A stretch of DNA of 64,000 nt from a virus, in the IMG/VR virus record IMGVR_UViG_3300017917_003852, positions 1-64,000 of that record, one strand, 5' to 3'. Of this stretch, positions 62,156-64,000 are shown piece after piece (the first letter of the stretch is position 1; each line of letters begins with the position of its first letter). The notes beneath the pieces were generated by a model that was given only the letters and a program-made list of their open reading frames with translations, had not been told where the DNA came from and ran no database searches. Both the position numbers and the translations under genes were made by a program.

Positions 62156-62466
62156 TATTTTACAGGTTCTAATTTAATGCTTAAAGGAAAACCATTTGTT
62201 CTTGCTAATAGTGTAGCTTCAACACCTTTTTGTTCAGCAATTTCATATGGTAAAGTTTTTACAATACTGCTACCATCTTCGTGAATTTTCTTTGTTAGTT
62301 CAACCGCAGTATTTTCATCATGATGAAAAATTACTTTTAAACTTTCAATAACGAATTCCATTGTGGTTACGTTATCATTCATGTAGATTACATTAAACAA
62401 ACTTGGTGGTTCGATAGTATGTTTAACAGCAACTTTGGGTTTGTTGATAGTTTCAGTTTTGCTCAT
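62155..62466 (-). CDS. clpS: ATP-dependent Clp protease adaptor ClpS
   Basis: NDNVTTMEFV, IHEDG, EIAEQK, FPL. Confidence 0.9.
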   Translation of the reverse strand: MSKTETINKPKVAVKHTIEPPSLFNVIYMNDNVTTMEFVIESLKVIFHHDENTAVELTKKIHEDGSSIVKTLPYEIAEQKGVEATLLARTNGFPLSIKLEPVK

Positions 62467-62520
62467 GTTATTGTCTAATTAAGTGGAGGGAAAGAACCCC
62501 TCCACTGTCGCTACATTATA

Positions 62521-62973
62521 TTACTTAGCGAAGGTAATTGCAATCTTCTTGGGCTTTTGTTCTTCAGGAACAATATGCTCAAGGCTAATTGCAAGGATGC
62601 CATTGATAACAGTGGCGCCTTTTACTTCAACGTTTTCATTTAATGTAAATGAGCGATTAAAAGTTCGGGCACTAATACCGCGATGGATATATTCCTGCTC
62701 GTCTTTTACTTTACGCTCGCCCTTGATGTATAAGACATTGTCCTTGCGTTCAATGTCTAATTCATCTTCCCCAAAGCCTGCAACGGCAACTTGAATAGCC
62801 CAGTTGTTTTCATCAACTTTGATAATGTTATAGGGAGGATAGTTTTCTGCTTTTGCGCTATTGGCCCATGTGCGGCCTAGCTCATCGAATAGTCGATCAA
62901 AGCCGATCGCGTGACGATGAATTTGTGCAGATAGTTGTGGAAGGTCAAGGGTGTTGATACTGAATTGTGTCAT
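62521..62973 (-). CDS. small heat-shock protein Hsp20 (IbpA-like)
   Basis: IGFDRLF, YPPYNI, AVAGF, HRGIS.R.F, NGIL. Confidence 0.95.
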   Translation of the reverse strand: MTQFSINTLDLPQLSAQIHRHAIGFDRLFDELGRTWANSAKAENYPPYNIIKVDENNWAIQVAVAGFGEDELDIERKDNVLYIKGERKVKDEQEYIHRGISARTFNRSFTLNENVEVKGATVINGILAISLEHIVPEEQKPKKIAITFAK

Positions 62974-63062
62974 AATTTTCTCCTTTCAAATAAGCAAGTA
63001 TGACTATGTAGCCCTATCGGCGCTACATATATATTTATACACGATTTCTCGTGTTTTTGCAA

Positions 63063-63305
63063 CTATTTTGGATTCTTAAATTCAAATCTGTGTGATGCAT
63101 AAGAATGTGGTTCCCAAGTTAATGCAAATTGTGTATATTCTTTATCGTTATTAAGGCACAACCGAAATGTATATTTGTGTATTTTGGTTCGATATTTAAT
63201 ATCGTATTTTTCAGCCCAAGCTTCAATATCTTTTTTAATTAACTGAAGAGCATGCTGTGCAGACATTCCGCCTGCACCCATTGGCAAGCGAAATTCAATA
63301 TACAT
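63063..63305 (-). CDS. small protein, probable distant F-x-L-x-W family member
   Basis: KEYTQFALTW. Confidence 0.55.
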   Translation of the reverse strand: MYIEFRLPMGAGGMSAQHALQLIKKDIEAWAEKYDIKYRTKIHKYTFRLCLNNDKEYTQFALTWEPHSYASHRFEFKNPK

Positions 63306-63541
63306 TAGAATAGTTTTTTAGGTAGCTGTTCAGCTGATAGCTTTTTCTGCCAGCGACGCTTGGCTGCAGATTTTGCTTTCTTGCGAGCAGTTGTAGGTTT
63401 TTCGTAAAATTCGCGCTCGCGCAATTCCTGCAAAAGTCCGCTATCGCTTACTTTCTTTTTAAATTTACGCAAAGCTTTTTCTACGTTATCATTTACTACT
63501 AGGACTTTATTTCCGGTTACTTTATTAAATTTATCGAACAT
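63305..63541 (-). CDS. rpsU: 30S ribosomal protein bS21
   Basis: VEKALRKFKKKV...REFYEKPTTARK. Confidence 0.92.
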   Translation of the reverse strand: MFDKFNKVTGNKVLVVNDNVEKALRKFKKKVSDSGLLQELREREFYEKPTTARKKAKSAAKRRWQKKLSAEQLPKKLF

Positions 63542-63544
63542 GAT

Positions 63545-63904
63545 TTATTTATTTTGTTGATGGTATCTAAGTGCAAAATATTGATATACATTTTCTACTT
63601 TGATAGCGTTTGTTAAAAAGTTCTCCGGACCAAAGTAGTATGTTTTTTCTAATGTACATAACTGATCTATCACTGGATCTCGTTGTGCAACATTTACAAC
63701 TACAGCATCGCTTAATTCTACAGCACGATTAAGCCAATCTGTATCGTTCATCTCGGAGCGATACAAATAAATGTTAAACTGATCGTCACTTCCTTTACAC
63801 ATTCGAGCTAATAGCTCAACTTCATCGACAGTAGCATTAACTACTGTAACTGTGTGAAATGGATCCTCAACAAAGTCTGGAGGAGTAATAAAATTACTAT
63901 ACAT
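63545..63904 (-). CDS. hypothetical protein
   Basis: MYSNFITPPD; in operon with rpsU. Confidence 0.65.
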   Translation of the reverse strand: MYSNFITPPDFVEDPFHTVTVVNATVDEVELLARMCKGSDDQFNIYLYRSEMNDTDWLNRAVELSDAVVVNVAQRDPVIDQLCTLEKTYYFGPENFLTNAIKVENVYQYFALRYHQQNK

Positions 63905-64000
63905 TTTTATTCTTTAAAATTTCTTCGATTTGTTGTTCAACTTGTGCTTGCTCGGCATCGCTTAGATCCTCAATTTCGTATTCTCCAGCTTCAAGCTTTT

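Noticed and set aside
11-62794. Most plus-strand ORFs in the track (for example 11..262, 592..1029, 11870..12415, 62483..62794)
   Set aside because: They are antisense shadows of well-supported minus-strand genes and have no recognisable motifs.
1-64000. Genome-wide TAG reassignment (genetic code 15)
   Set aside because: Long conserved genes are intact in the standard code, and TAG ends several genes at plausible positions (13108, 20229, 53323, 60808, 63063). I found only one convincing internal TAG.
1-64000. CRISPR array, DGR/retron reverse transcriptase, integrase or transposase
   Set aside because: I saw no regularly spaced direct repeats and no RT or recombinase motifs. The short shared junctions are coding gene ends.

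Overview
This looks like a 64-kb segment of a large (jumbo-type) AT-rich tailed phage genome, probably freshwater and probably infecting a proteobacterium. Host is inferred from pqqA, ahpC/ahpD, dctP and a phasin-like gene with a PhaR-type site. Nearly all genes lie on the minus strand, densely packed with ATGA/TAATG overlaps, behind repeated sigma70-type (TTGACC-N17-TATAAT) and TAAATA-type promoters. Recognisable genes include ATP-dependent DNA ligase, UV endonuclease, a DNA methyltransferase with a probable restriction endonuclease, HNH nucleases, AhpC/AhpD, ClpS, Hsp20, bS21, a GGQ release-factor domain protein and many auxiliary enzymes. Read by eye and absent from the ORF track: an amber-suppressor tRNA(CUA) two genes upstream of a gene with an in-frame TAG at codon 3; a circularly permuted two-piece tmRNA; a pqqA peptide; a leader-peptide transcription attenuator; and several micro-ORFs. 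Two expanded families stand out. One is a set of about 17 small proteins whose conserved F-x-L-R/K-W end often doubles as the next gene's ribosome-binding site. The other is a run of enzymes/effectors sharing an N-terminal MRxxEF(I/L)xE tag. All functional calls come from motif recognition only; no database searches were run.
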